Source: a virus (lineage: Duplodnaviria > Caudoviricetes). From it: DNA of 51,430 nucleotides. Of this stretch, positions 26,865 through 40,200 are shown in pieces. The DNA lies in the IMG/VR virus record IMGVR_UViG_3300030333_002795, positions 1-51,430 of that record; one strand, 5' to 3'. The notes under the pieces were generated by a model. The model was not told the origin of the DNA and searched no databases. It was given only the letters and a program-made list of their open reading frames with translations. The translations under genes were made by a program, and so were the position numbers. How positions within the stretch are numbered: position 1 is the first letter of the stretch; each line of letters starts with the position of its first letter.

Positions 26865-27236
26865 TCATCTTCTTCTCCTTGTTGGCATTAGAAGCGGCAA
26901 GCCGAAGACCGCAATTGCACTTGGTGATGGAAGTACAGAGACTCCCCAATACCCTATTGAATCATCAGTATTGTACTTCAATTGCTCATCCGTCATACCG
27001 ATAGAGTTGTCTATAGATTGTTTAACTTTGTCATACGCTTGGAAGTATTCAACAATTTTGTCAATTGTCTCCTTGCCCATGAGCGTACCCCCCACAGCAA
27101 TAGCAATGGTTGCAGCCATTAACTTTTTTTTCAAAAGGTTTATCTCGTTTGATTTACGCTTGCTGTTCTCTTGACACTTCTTTAATTCAGACTCAGCGTT
27201 CTTCTTGTGGCAATCGCAATTGCATGAATTATTCAT
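26865..27236 (-). CDS. Membrane protein with PEP-CTERM-like C-terminal sorting signal
   Basis: Coiled coil, hydrophobic AATIAIAVGG, and C-terminus VLPSPSAIAVFGLPLLMPTRRRR. Confidence 0.6.
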   Translation of the reverse strand: MNNSCNCDCHKKNAESELKKCQENSKRKSNEINLLKKKLMAATIAIAVGGTLMGKETIDKIVEYFQAYDKVKQSIDNSIGMTDEQLKYNTDDSIGYWGVSVLPSPSAIAVFGLPLLMPTRRRR

Positions 27237-27486
27237 TTGTTTCAACACCTATACTAGCAACAGGTTCAATTATAGTTATTACAGACCTTGGTATGCAATT
27301 GACATCTCCTATTTGCCCATCGTCTCCAAGAGAACTTGCAATTGTAATTTGATCATCTTTTGTATCTACGAGCCAACCAACTGTTTCAATAACGGCAGGC
27401 TGAAGAGTTTTTAAATCTTCAGCAAACATCCATGTTTCTGTAGGTCTAATGATATCCTTCCAAACAACTCTTACCATTTTGTACAT
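27229..27486 (-). CDS. Conserved small phage protein (all-beta)
   Basis: VRVVWKD, ETVGWLV, ITIASSL and IPRSVI pattern. Function unknown. Confidence 0.6.
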   Translation of the reverse strand: MYKMVRVVWKDIIRPTETWMFAEDLKTLQPAVIETVGWLVDTKDDQITIASSLGDDGQIGDVNCIPRSVITIIEPVASIGVETNE

Positions 27487-27495
27487 GATTCACCC

Positions 27496-28284
27496 CTAAT
27501 CTAGATCATACAAGACTGCGTCCCAAGACCTACCTTCTTTCCACCCAGTTAACGCTGCTTCCGCAACAACACAACCTCGACCCCAATCAGCAGTCGATTT
27601 ACGTTCCATGTACATAGGCATTTCGTCAAACGCTGTGTTACCAACATTGCAAACATGCCAAGGTAATTTAATTCTAGTTGACTTTCGCACTTGAGTTATA
27701 TCAAGCGGTCTGTGTGTGTGACCTCGAACTAACAGTCTATGTGCGTACCCTCCCGCTAACATAGCCATTTGTATCCCTTCGTTTTGGTCTGAGTTTGCCC
27801 CACAACTAAACCCATGGTAAAAAATCAATGGCCCAACCTCATACAAGCAATCACGGTTATTTCGGTAAGGCAGTTGTTTCCACGCCCTAAACTCGTCAGA
27901 AACATGTGGCACTTTGTTCCAATCTACAAGGTCTCTTAAGTCAGCAGGTATCCTTTTAGGGTTTCTTTGTTTAATGTTGTCATCGTGGTTACCCAAGCAC
28001 CAAACAAGTTTGCAATCTCTTGGCAAAACAAGTCTGATTTCTTTTAGCACCTTGGCTGCTTCATGGTACTCATCAAGCAAAGTGTGCCCTGGATGATCTG
28101 TAGAATCATGAACGCTAGCAGCTTGTGCATCTAGCAAATCGCCACAGTGGACAAAGTGAGTTAAAGGTTTTTCATCATTAACCGTGGCTAACAATTGCAA
28201 CAACGTTTCCATGCAATGTTCATTTTGAAAAGGAACATGTGTGCAACTTATTGCTGCTACCCTTGCTGTCTTACCCCTTGGCAT
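27496..28284 (-). CDS. Calcineurin-like metallophosphoesterase
   Basis: SCTHVP, GDLLD, GNHD, HG and GHTH motifs. Confidence 0.85.
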   Translation of the reverse strand: MPRGKTARVAAISCTHVPFQNEHCMETLLQLLATVNDEKPLTHFVHCGDLLDAQAASVHDSTDHPGHTLLDEYHEAAKVLKEIRLVLPRDCKLVWCLGNHDDNIKQRNPKRIPADLRDLVDWNKVPHVSDEFRAWKQLPYRNNRDCLYEVGPLIFYHGFSCGANSDQNEGIQMAMLAGGYAHRLLVRGHTHRPLDITQVRKSTRIKLPWHVCNVGNTAFDEMPMYMERKSTADWGRGCVVAEAALTGWKEGRSWDAVLYDLD

Positions 28285-28287
28285 ATA

Positions 28288-31200
28288 CTAGTCTTCCTCT
28301 ATAGACTTGTAGTAATCTCGGATAGTTTCCCAAGCCCATGTTTCTTCTTCAGTCAACTCACGGAGTCTTCTGATTTTTCTAACTGCCTTCTCAGTCTCTT
28401 CTAGTTGTGGGTTAGCAAGACCAGATATTTTTCTACCAAGTCTTTGTGGGGCTACAGTTGGATCACCAACTACTTGCCTGCCAGTTTCTGTCAACCTTTG
28501 AAGAGCGTCAAATATAACATCAGGGTCTACCTCTTCTTTTTCTGTCTCAGAATACAACCTTGCTATTTGTCTAAATGAATCTTCAGTTGGGTCTGCCCAA
28601 AGTTGTGGCAAGCCAACTTCATACCCACGACCTATTGACAAGAGCCAAGAGATGGCAATGCCAGGATAACCAAGTTTACTTAAAGACTCTTCTAAAAGTT
28701 TCCACTTTGCTGCTTCTTCGGTGGAGATTTTCTGAGCCTCTTCAACGAAGTATTGCATTTGCTCTTCAATGCTACCTTCGACATCGGGTTCATCGTCAGC
28801 AAACATTCTAGCAACCAAGGACATCATAGTGCCCCATCCCAAAGACCAACCAGCACCACCTATCACTACCGAATTTATAGCACCAGAAAGTTTCCTTGCC
28901 TTCTGTTTAGCATTTCCGTACCGAATGGCTCTCCATATTGTGTTACCTGTAGTGGCGGGGTCGCTAGAGAACGGAAACCAAAGTCTAGTCCTAGTACCAG
29001 TAGATGCGTCATTAGCATCGGTGACTGTGGCATCCAGTGCCGAGGATGTGTTCTGAGTAGTCCTTATAACACGCTCAGTTTCCTTCCCTGCCATTTCAAT
29101 CAACTTTCTGCCCGAAACCCCCATTCTTTCCAACTTGCTCTTACAGGCAACATATGCGACTGTAGCGACTATGTTGTCAAAATACTGTAGAGCATGGACA
29201 TTGTCGGGTGCACTCTGAAGAATACGCCAAGCCTCTTTACCCAATCTCATCGTCTCGGCCATGTTTCCTTCAGAAGTTGCCTTACTAATTAAAGCCAGCG
29301 TCTTAAGCATTTGCTCCATAGACTTGACGAACTTGTCTTTGTCGGCAATCTTTGTCCCACGCTGCTCTTCAGACTGCAACTGCCTTCGCATTGCACCTGA
29401 GTTGGCTCGTGCCCACAAGTATCCATTTTGGTGTGCCTCTTCAATTATTGTCTGCATGTCTTGCAATGAAAGCATACCTATCAACACTTGGCTTATTGGA
29501 AGTTCTATAGTGAGGTTTGCCAAACCGCCAAATAAAACCCGACCATATGTCCCTGGGTTTAATGTTAGGTAGGCACTACCTAGTGATCCACTGACAGTTT
29601 CTCCAAGTCCACCTTTTGTAATACGCCTAGTCATTCCAGAGCCATGCATGATTCTGTTTGACAGTGCTTTTTGGAACTCTGCACCTAGGTGTTTGTTAAT
29701 CGCTTCTCTAACGTCAGGGTGTTCTATGATTGCCACGGCATCTCTAACTGGAATAGCCATGTGTGTTAGTTTTAACGATGCATCTGCGTTGTTGATAAAG
29801 TCTTCAACAAAGCCACCTAGGATAACTTCGCCACCGCCTTCAGTTCTCTCTTTAGTAAACCCTGCCATGTCTAAGAAGTTCTTAGTCATTGCACTCAATT
29901 CTAAGTTCATCTCTTTAGTTTGAACAGAAACTTGTCTAGACCTAGGCTCATAACCCTCTACAAACTTTGGCTCATATCCATGGATGTAATAAAACGATGC
30001 AAACGCTTGAGGTCTAAGCACGGTCTCTCTGTACTCTTTAGCACTGTCGATAAAGTTTCGGAGAGAAGCAGGCAGTTTGCTCAAAGCACGACTTACCTCT
30101 TCTCGTGTAACACCTTTTATGGATTCAGCCATTCTGCCATCGTGTAGTTTAAGTCCCACACCCTCACGAACAACTTCTCCCATTGAATTAACTTCATCAA
30201 CTACTCGGTCTATTGTTTCTTGATCAAAGGCATACAACTTCATAAGTTGGTCAAGAGTTATTTCAATCTCTGAACCGCCAAGAACCACATTAAACACTTC
30301 TGTAGAAACACTGATTCCAGATATACCAGTTGCATCAACAAGATTGTCTAGGTCTTTGTAGCCTGCATCTTTGGCAAGGTTTTCTAAAAGGGTAAATGTT
30401 TCTTTAAGACCAAGCATTGCTGCTGATTCTGCATCACATAATGCGTGGTGTAAAACTTCAGCAACTTCATTTACATCATCTGGACTTTCAGCTTTTGACA
30501 TCAAATCTGAAATCAAAGTCAGTGTCTGTTTAGAGCCAAACCAAGTGCTACCAATTCTTGAAGGTCTATCTTTAAACTCATCACCAGGTCTTGGTTTCAT
30601 TTTAGATAACGCAAGAATAATTTTAGACGAGGTGCTTGCTAGTCTTTCGGCTCTTTCCCCTCTTGCTGTTCTCCAATCTTCCTTAGCCAACTTAACAAGC
30701 GACTTAGCCTCATTCATGGCTTCAGCAATCACACGTGCTTTAGTCACTAAATCAGTAACAGATAGTACGTTTTGCTTAAACATTCTCTTTGTGCCTGGTT
30801 GATACGCAGTTGTTTCAGCAACATTAAGAAGAGGTTCTAACTCTTTAGTCCTAGTGTCATGTGACATTTTCATTTTACGAAGACGCTTTGCTTGTTTACG
30901 CATAGCTCTGACAGATTCTCTGTACTCGTTTTCAGACGCTATTCGCACAACTAACTCTGCTATTTCTTGCAACCTGTGAAGAGTTTTGGCTCGAGCTAGC
31001 CTTGTAGCAAGACGACCTCTCAATCTTTGAGGTAGGGCATTTACTAGTTTAATAGCCTGCTCTCTAACTTCCTCTCTATTTGCTGCTGCTAACTTAAGTC
31101 TTTCAATCCTGTTCTCTAGTTGTTCTCGCAGTTTAGCAAGGCGTTCTCGACCTCTGGCTTTTTCTAACTCTCTTGCTTCACGCTTTGCTTCTTGCAACTC

Positions 31201-34200
31201 TCGGTTACTAGGCTTGCGTGAGTCTAAAACTCCTAGCATCCTTGTGTAAGGTCTGTCTGTTGGGAAACGAACTAAACCTTCTTGGTCTGAAACACCAAAA
31301 TAACTAACAAGTTTAGAGTTTTCAATAACACTTTGGTTTGCAGGCAATTCTTTTCGTGAAAACAATACCGAGTCTTCTAATTCATCAAGGGCAAATCTTA
31401 AAGATATGTCATCGCCTTTTTGATACTGCCTTACTAAAACGCCTTTTGATTCAAGTTTCTTTATAAGATCAGGGCTAGTTTCATAAGGCACAACAGCAGC
31501 CATCAAACCACCCTCTCCAAAAGGAAAGGCTTTAATAGGCTTTGCCTCTGTGTACGGCTGAGGTCTTGCACTTTCTTTAGCCAACACATCTAAAATTTCA
31601 TAAAGAGGTGCTGTATCAAAACCTTCTTCGCCAACAGTCTCTACGAAAGACTCACGAACACTAGGTGTATTTAAGTGGTCAAACACGCTCACGCCTCTTG
31701 GCGGTTCGTTCGATAATCCCCATTTAACTATTGAATCTAAAATCCCTTCGGCATGCTTTTCTCTAAGATTTCTTTCGTCTAACAGTCTGTATATGTCAGC
31801 TCTTTCAGTGTTTACCCAACGGTCTTTTTGCATTGGGTCATTTTCTAAGTACAAGCCTATAAGACCATTGACTCTTTGTATTGGCTCGTGCCTGCTCCAA
31901 TCTCGTGGCAAGCCCATTGAATCTGGCTCTGTTTGTTTAGCAACAACATCTTCTAATTGCTGCATGTCGTATATACGATTTGAAAACACCGAAGTCAAAG
32001 CATAGAAATCTGCTGAAGCCATAGGGTAGTTGTATGGTGCTTCTGCACCCCTTAAAAGAGGGCGGCCCTCAGCATCTACATCTGCCTGTCGAATCATTTC
32101 TTTTAACAAGGCTTCGCTATTTGCGGATTCTGTCCAGTGGCGTGAGTGCCAGTCATCGGGAATCCTAGGACTAAACATATCTCTGTCATAGAAATTGTTA
32201 CCTAGTTCATCTTTAACAACTTGCGGATCCCACACCAATGCAATGTCGCCAAAATAATCATATGACTCTCGTATAGCAAACTCTTGTTTATCAAAGACAG
32301 ATATTGAAGGCATAACATAAGCATCTGATTCAACTAAAAGTTCTAAAAGATACTCTTGCGTTTTAGTAACAGCAATCTTCCTCTTACTGCCATCAGTCCT
32401 CTTACGAGATTCTAATGTGTTCATGTCTTCTTCAAAAATTTCAGCAAGGGTTCGCTTTTTAGCGGCTTCACGTATTAATGGGAACATGAAAGATTTAGTT
32501 TCATTTGCAATCCAAGCGTCAACTCCGTTTTTAGAGCCAGGGTTGTTTAAATCTAATCCTTCTAAAGTCTTAACAACCTTGTTTCCTGTTGGAGAAGTAA
32601 AGTAAATCTTTGCATTTGACTTTGTATTGTTAGGGCGTTGTCGAACAGCAAAGCCAATAATTTCATCTTTGTGCATTCCCTTTAAAGGGTCTTTGTATTT
32701 CAAAATGTACAAACACTTATTGCCTTTTGTCAGGTCGTATCTGTCCCCATTACCAACAACAGTTTTGTGTATTAATTTAGATATGCTTTCTTGTAGACCT
32801 TCGTCAGACCTGTTGCCTACGGCTTCTTGAATAGCAGCCAGTGGAACTTTACCCCTAGTACCCCAACCTTTCTTCTTTCTAACAGTGTTAGTAAACGCAC
32901 GTTTAGTCACAACAGGTGTCTGTGCTTCCTCAATGCTAGGCATTACTTCTGATTCAGGTTTAGCACCAGTGCCTTTCAATGGGAATCCGCCCCACCTAAG
33001 CATGGCAATTTTTTGCGGATGCGAAAGGTCGTCAACATAAACTCTAGGATTGTGTTTAGATGCGTAGTTAGGACCAGGCATATTAGAAAACGCACCGCCA
33101 TACAAAGCATCTTGTCCTTCTGACCGATCTTGTACGCTAAAGTAATAATCCGCATCTGCTTCAGAAACTTCTGCATAACTAGTGTCTTTAAACGCTTCTG
33201 GAGTAAAAGGACTTCCCCAAGCAGCCATAATTGGATTTATCATTTGTGAAGTTAACCACTCGGCTGAACTAGACCTTTTCATCACATCATTTATAGGCGT
33301 ATCAGCATAAGACTGCAAAGCACCCCAAACTTTGCGGTTAACATCTTTAAACCCTTTATGAAATGACAGGCCTTCTCCTCGCAGCATGCCATGCATAGTA
33401 TGTTCGCTTTCCACAAACGCAGTTAGCAATCCATAGCCACTCCAAACTTTATTGTTCGTCTCATTTTTCTTAATAGAGTTCCGAAGACTATTTGTCGCTT
33501 TATGCAACACAAGTTTTTGCCTTGCTCTTGTGGCCATCATTTCATTATCATATGGTCCGTAGGAAGCAACAGGTTCGCCCTCAACATAATCAGCGTTGTA
33601 AACATCTACCCACCAGTTGTTGAGTCTACCGTCAGGTCTTTCTACAACTATCTTAATGTTCTCAATATTTTCTAAACCATGATCAGCACTAAGAATCAGT
33701 GCAGTTGATATGTCTTCTAATAAAACTTCTGCTTCTATTGGTTCATTTATAATTGAATCTAGCAGTTTTTCAAAAACAGCTTTTGTATCTGGGAGGTTCG
33801 TATCAACACCACTAAACAGATATGATTCGTTCCATGAGTCAGTAAGTGCATCAAAAATGCCTTCTGCTCTTGTAAAGTCTTGAAGGTATAGGTTTTCTCC
33901 AAGTTGATGGACTGCTTTTGCAAGGCGCAGCAAAGATTCAGAGACTGTCATTTTGTTGCCACCAGGCAATAATTCATCTAACAAATCTGTAACAAGGTCA
34001 TAGTTTGTCGGTTTAATATCATCTGTTGGTTGGTCTGGAATTACAGTTTGCTCTCCAGTTGGGCCTTGTATTTTAGTTCCACCCAACTCTCTTTTGGTTT
34101 GCTCTAATTCAAAAGCCAAATCTCCATAAGCCATTACCACATCTTTGAAATGGGGAATTAACACTTCTTCAAAATAAGCACGGTATGCACCCACTGAATT

Positions 34201-37200
34201 GTTTAATAAGAAATCGTCATGCGGGAAATTCTCAAGAATGCCTGTGATTACTCGAACTGCCTGTGCAGCTTGTGCGTAACCTGGCGTACCACCCTCTTCT
34301 TTCTCTTGCTCATATGCAGTATCACCAACAATCATTAGTTTGACCTGCAATTCTTGCATATCTTGAACCACACTCTTTCTAGATTCAAGTGCATTCTTGT
34401 TCCAAAGTGGAACACCTTTAGTCATGCCATCTATCATTTTCTGCGTAATTGTCAGACCAAGCATAAACTGTTTGTTTTCTGACGAATGTAGTGATTCATT
34501 TGCTGCTTCTGCTTTTGCAGCAATAGAATTTATATCGCCTAAAGAATGTGTTTCAAAGTCGCCAAACGCTTCTCGTAAAATTCTGAAATGACGGTTCATT
34601 TCGTTAACGCCTACTCTATGCGTGTCTGTAACATCTCTTTCAAATTGACCAAATATTTCTTCATTCCAATGTTCAACAGCCATGCCATCATTAATATCAA
34701 TGTGAGGCCTAGGGTTTACTATTAATGCATGCAAGCCTTCAGGTTTATTCTTAGACAGTGTTTTAAATATGTTATAGCCGCTTTGTTGTAGCAACATTCC
34801 GCTGCGCGTTATACCTTCGTCTGTATAATTATAATCAACAAGAGAAGACACGGACACTTTGGTGTTTTGCAAATCACTAGGATTAGGTGCAAGTGCACTA
34901 ATATATTGCAAGACGTTGTTTGTAAGATAAAGTTCGTTTAAATTACTTTTTAAGACGTAATCTAATTTATCAAGCGGATGCATGAGGTCAGCCATTGCCT
35001 CAGCAACATCACGCAGGTATCTTTGTACATCATCAAAACTAAACGGATCATCTCCATGTTCTGCTAGGTTTAACTCACCCCATTGGTATGAAAGTTTACG
35101 AAGAGACCATGTATTCATTATTTCTTGTTTAACAAAATCTGACCAATTATGACGTCTTAAAGCCTTGTCTAAAATTGCAGAAGTAATATTAAGATTATCA
35201 CGGTCACCTTCTTCAAGTTCGTATTGCGAAGGGTCTGCATTACTTAACCATTGTTGTTGAGCAGGATTTCTCCACGCATCTCCAAAGAAACTAATAACAC
35301 TGTCATCTAAAACATCTCTGTTGCCTTGTTTTTTCAACAACTTCTTAATGGCTTTTCTTACTTCTCTTAAACCTTCTTTAGAAACCATGTCTGCGTCTTC
35401 ATAACTAGTGTCAACTACATCTGCTGCATTATCAAACATAGTCCACCAGGCTTGTAGCATCTCTTCTTGACTGTAGTTTTCTAATTGAAGGGATTTAAGT
35501 GTGTTTCTAAATACATTAACATCATCTCTTGGTAAAGTTAATGAAGAGAGAGCCTTTCCTTCTTTTAAAAGTTTATTAACAGTGTCTCTTAGTTCAAACG
35601 CATCTGTAAGCATAAGAACGCTTAATACAGATTTTTCTAAAACATCAGACAAAGTCATCTCTGTCATTGAGTCTGAAACATCAACTACTTCCAGTGTAAG
35701 TGACGGACTGTCCATTCTTATCTTTGGTATCTTTCCATCAACCAAAACACTTGGGTCTAACTTTTTGGCAATGTTTGTGTACACCTTTTCTATTGTTTTG
35801 TAGACACTACTGTTTCCAATGTTTTGATATTGGTTCATTAACTCTGTGTCTGGGAACAACAACATGGTCTGATCATTGTTTATAGCGTGAATTAACCTTT
35901 GTTTTGCAACAAGACCTATCCACTCATCAGACTGCTTACCAGTAGGCTTGGTAACAAATGGACCACCTACCAACCCTTGTGTTGAAAAATGTTCTCGCCT
36001 AGGTTCATAAACGGCTACATTTGTCTGCCACCCTGCTGCGGTGTTAACCATTTCTTCTATTATTGGTAATATTTGATATGTAACATTTGCATCAAGATTC
36101 ATTCCTCGCTCGTTTGTAACATTAAAATTATCTAGTTCCATATTAGGATGGAGACCTTCTTGAACTTCTTCCCACACTGTTAGTGGTGCATCGTAGTCAT
36201 CAGGGTCATAAGCATTGACACTACTACTTGCTTCATCATCAACCATGTTTACGGTTTCTTTTATTAGAGCCGCTAAATAGTCAAGAGGTTGTTCTTGAGC
36301 TGCTTTATAATCTTTGTACAAAGTCGAACTCTTGTCAGTTGCATGGGCAAGCCCTATTTGTGCAACAAGAAGTTTTTCGGCTAAAGTTAATCCAGTTTCT
36401 TTTTCCGCAATGTCAGATTCCTCTGAGTCAACATTTGAGAAATCAGCAACATCAGGTTTAGCACCGTAAACTAAACGTGCTCTGTCTGCATCATCAAGTC
36501 TAGCCATCATCATATCATGAGCCGAACTAAACAGTGCATATGGATTTTTAGTAAATGGAGCATTAAAAGGCTTAATAACATAAATATTAGACGGCAATTC
36601 CGATGGGAAACTTTGCACTATCAAATTACTTGTGTCGTTTTTATCTGCTGATACCCTACCTTTGCCATCTGTTAGTAATAAATTGCCACCTCCAAGTGAA
36701 ATTTCTAATCCTTTAAAAGAAAGAAGGTCTTGAAGAGTTAGTGGTGGTGCTCCTTCTGCGGAAAAAAGCAAATCAGACACAGAAAGAATGTCAGTTATGT
36801 CCTGACTTTGTCTAAGTTCGTATTCTGTTGTGTCATACCATTGTTGAACTTCCTCTTCAGTTGGTATTTGAACAAATTCTCCTATAGGCGTAACATATAG
36901 TTGAGTTTCAGGATCATAGACAGATGTCATTTCAACGTTTTCAGTGGTATTGTTCCGAGCCTCGCCCAAGTTAATTGTATAATTTGTCGATGCAACAGGG
37001 TAATAGGAGGCCAATTCCTCTTGTATACCTACAAGTTTTTTATAAAGTTCAGCGTCTCCTTGATTATCAAATGTTGCATTGAAAAATTCGGCAGCAGCAT
37101 AAGGCACATCAGTTGTGTGCCCAGTTGGCGTATACACTGGATCAAGCAACTCGTTGAAATAATAGGTCTCCCAATTAAAAAGTATATTGGCAAACTCTAG

Positions 37201-40200
37201 AAGTTCTTCATCGGTAGGCGATATACTACGCCACATGCTAGGATCTAAATTTTCAAAATGCAATCTTAAATCATTAGCAAGACTTTCATAGTTTGGAGTA
37301 ACCGCTGTTACTTCACCATTTGCTATTGCCTCGTCAAGTTGTGGGTGTTCATCTATTTGATTTTGAAGTTCGGCTAAAACTGAATCAATACGCTCTTGGT
37401 AAAACTGCGGTTCAGTTTGCAATCTTGCAAGAAGAGATTCGTAGGCCTCGCCCTGCCTACTTCTTGTTTGACTTTCAGCCAATTGTTCTAAAGTAACACT
37501 TTCATAATCGGCATCTGCGTCTTTTGCTTCAATTAAAGTCCTGTAAAAGACCCATGCTAAACGATTTGGGTCTGTCTTAGTATTAGATATTCGAGATTTA
37601 AATCCAGCAAGTATTGAAAGAACGCCTGTGCCAACATTAACGTAATTATCTTCTTGCACTTCAGAATCTGTCAAACTAGATATAAGTTTAAGATTAGATG
37701 CGTCTTCGGTAAGAGGGCCGAATGCAGTCATGTATCTCATACCGTTTTCTATTTCACCCTGGTTTATTGTCAACAATTCCCAGTTATTTCGACCACGATC
37801 ATGTACAAACTTCTTTCGTAAACTAGTTGTTTCAGCACGAGGCTTTGTTTGTATACGATTCATTAAAGTATCAAAAGACATTTCTTCTTGTCTTTTAATA
37901 TATGGAGTTCGTGGAATTAAATTAGGGTTTTGCAAAAATGATTTAAGAGCATCTCTTACTTCTGTAGAAAATGCTTTGCCTGGAACAACATTAACTCTAT
38001 GCTCTTGTGAGAATGCATTTAAAATTGGCAAATCGTTCCAAGTACCGTAGAGTGCCATATGTTCAAATGCACTTGCCTCTATAGCATCTACAACTTTGTC
38101 TATATTTTCTGGTTTAATAGCATGGTTGTAGTATTCTTTTATTGCATCAAAATAATTTATATGGGACTGAGACATCAGGTCGTCAGGGCGATAATTCAGG
38201 TTACTAAGGATGTGATGTAACGTTTGTTCAACAAGCAAATAATCTGACCACGCTGGGCTTTTGTGTTTCCAAGGCTCAACCCAACCCGCAGGCGTAACGC
38301 TATTTAGCGGCTGAACAGATTGTCCAAGGGTAATTGGACCTATGTTTGGCAAACCAGGCAGAAACGACACCTTTTCTAAAAGGATTGTGTTGTAATTAAT
38401 GAAATCCAAACTTCCGCCTAGAGTTTTTGATGCCAATCCAAAGTCTACAATTTCTTTAAGTTCTGTATCAGATAAATCTTTTAGCCAATTGTTATAATCA
38501 GACACATGCTCCGCATATTCTCTAAATGCATCTTCATAAGATTGAGTTTCTGAAAATTTTACTGGTCCCTCTCTACCGATTATTTTAGCCCAGTCTGATT
38601 GCCACTCCCAAATGGCATACGCTGTTTCTTGTGGATTTAACGGATGAGGAATAACAAAATCACGGCCATGTGCAAGTTGATTTGCTCCTTGACTTCTAAA
38701 GTGCGACCTTTCAAAATGTCCCGCCCCAGTTTGAGGGTTGTAAGCACCCTCCTTAACCCACTGCATAACCCACTGTAAATGACCAATGTCAGAAGTAGGT
38801 TTAGCAGGATAATTTAAATACTTGGGAGAAACCGATGCAGCCCCTGTTCTTGGATTCATGTATTCGTGTTCTGAAGGCGGAATGTTTCTCTCTGCTACTC
38901 TAACGTTTTGAACTGCATTTATAGCAAGGTCAACTTCAAAAGCACCGTCACCTTGATTATTTAAAAACTCTTGCAATCCTGACCAGAAGACTTCTTCTTT
39001 GCTAACGGCATTCTTTTCTAAATATTTAAGCAACTCCTTAGCCGTCATCTTCTTTTGAGTTGCCTCTTTTAATACAGGAACTATTTTACTAAAGAGATTT
39101 CCGTCTAGCACCAAGTCTACATCTCTGACTTTGTATTCGTCTCTGTTAAGTTTTCTAGACTCTAACACATTAGTTTGTGCCCATTTGCTAGAAGGCATGC
39201 CCTCTATTTTCATGTCTTCGACTTTAGACAATCTGTTTGACATTACCGCAGCAGCAGTTGCTTTGTTGTCTTCGTTTATTTGGGCATAATTGTAAAGTTG
39301 CCACCCTGTACTTTTTGCGAGTGAAAGTGCGAGTCGCCCTTGTTCAGCTTCTGATAGTTTCCTAATTTCGCTAACAAATTTGCTGGGCGTTCGGAGGAGT
39401 TGCTCACGCTTTGGTTTTGTTGGGGCGATCTTGTCAACGACATCTCGTCCTTTTTGGGTGAGGTCTTGGGCATACCACTTGCTTGATTTCTTGGCATCTT
39501 CTTTTACCTTTTTGTTTCTAAGGCTTTTCGCCTTTTCGTTTGCATTAGATACATTTGTTATTTGCAGGTCTTGGTCTTTAATTAGGGGTTTAAGTTTCAA
39601 CTCGCCTAACGCCCTGTGTATAGTTGTTATAGCACTGTCAGTAATTCCATCGCTACTAGTTGGAATAATAGTAATTGATGTTCCTGTAGCCAGTGGTTTT
39701 GACTGTATGTTTAAGTTGTGCTTTCCTGCTTCTTCAGCAATAACAGATATATCAGACAGTCGTAATTCTTGTGTTGGGAAAAACAACTCTATTGAGGCAG
39801 TTCCTTGACCGACAGGGACTTCATGCACTAGTTGTGCATTGTCTAAACCTATCATTGAAGCAGCGTAAACAAGTACATCGTTCTGTTCTTCTTTACTCAG
39901 GTTGCCTAAGAACATGGTTGTAGTAGGTTGTATAATTCCACCGTTAGTAGAGAACATCCCATGTATTGCATCTTCTCGTTTAGCAGACTTGCCATATCTA
40001 CTTATCCCCATGACATCGCCTGCTAGAATCTCTTTAACTGACGCTGTAGCATTAAAAGTCTTGTTAGCAATAATTGCCAAACTCTTATCAAAAACATAAT
40101 GCGATTGGGTAGTGTTTCTCTTAGGACCTGTTTCTACCATCTCCAACCCGAATAACTCTCTTAGGATATTCTTGTTAGTTGGATAGGTTTGCTTACTCAT

